DNA of 63,498 nucleotides, counting the filler, from Chiloscyllium plagiosum (taxonomy: Eukaryota), in the NCBI RefSeq assembly GCF_004010195.1. It is 4 parts of one record of this genome, joined end to end, with 100 filler letters (N's around TTAATTAATTAA, not from the genome) between each part and the next. Parts side by side here need not be neighbours in the genome. Positions count along the whole stretch, not along the records: positions 59,414 to 63,498 come from NC_057710.1; 3 more parts are not named here. One strand, written 5' to 3'. Within the stretch, counting starts at the first letter, position 1. The number at the start of each line of letters is the position of its first letter. Below the pieces are notes generated by a model. It made no database searches, was not told where the DNA came from, and saw only the letters and a list, made by a program, of their open reading frames with translations. Positions 63,175-63,498 of the stretch are shown here, piece after piece. The translations under genes were made by a program, and so were the position numbers.

Positions 63175-63498
63175 AAAGACGCTGCTGCAGGATACAGCGA
63201 GCAGGGCAGCGGTAGACGTCCGGCGCCTTAAAACGGCGGTGCTCGGACCCGACGTAGTGCACCAGTTGTAGCTTGCTCACATGTGCGGTGGGATCCCGTC
63301 CGTGCTTACCCCAGCCCGGACGGAATTTCACATTGGCCCCAAGGTCCCGTACTTCCCGCGGGAGCCTGTGCTCCACAACCTGAGCCACCTCCGGAATTTT
63401 AGTTTTGTCCCTTTTAAGGACATAAAAAGGCGGGCCCTGTATCGACTGCTGCTGCACACCGTCCACCTCTTCTCCCTCATCCACCGTCCAGACACGCC
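63175..63498 (+). mobile_element. Tx1-clade LINE ORF2 C-terminal region, 5'-truncated, running off the window
   Basis: The + frame reads ...RRALYRLLLHTVHLFSLIHRPDT, resembling Tx1 ORF2 upstream of its CCHC domain. One stop codon; CpG-rich. Confidence 0.75.

Noticed and set aside
63173..63484. 103-aa minus-strand ORF as a THNSL2 or other host exon
   Set aside because: No THNSL2 similarity; the opposite strand reads as Tx1 ORF2.

Overview
Vertebrate nuclear DNA, most likely a shark or other elasmobranch (inferred from HE1-type SINEs and the CR1/Penelope repertoire). Most of the window is nested transposable elements, and there are six assembly gaps. One host exon is recognisable: THNSL2 on the minus strand (62391-62516). 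There is a CpG/E2F promoter-like region at about 6.5-6.6 kb and some unidentified candidate exons. The mobile elements are: a HERV-I-like endogenous retrovirus (22.1-28.9 kb) that lacks RT and sits inside an L1; Gmr1-like Gypsy elements (integrase directly after protease, RNase H last) with related LTRs; many CR1, L2-like and Rex-like LINE pieces; L1/Tx1 fragments; a Tigger-like DNA element; SINEs; and minisatellites. The most striking signal is about a dozen minimal hammerhead-ribozyme motifs in three sequence families. They sit on Penelope elements and on short, often foldback, non-autonomous derivatives flanked by 12-18 bp target-site duplications (TSDs). All family assignments come from motif recognition by eye, not database searches, and TE boundaries without a TSD are approximate.
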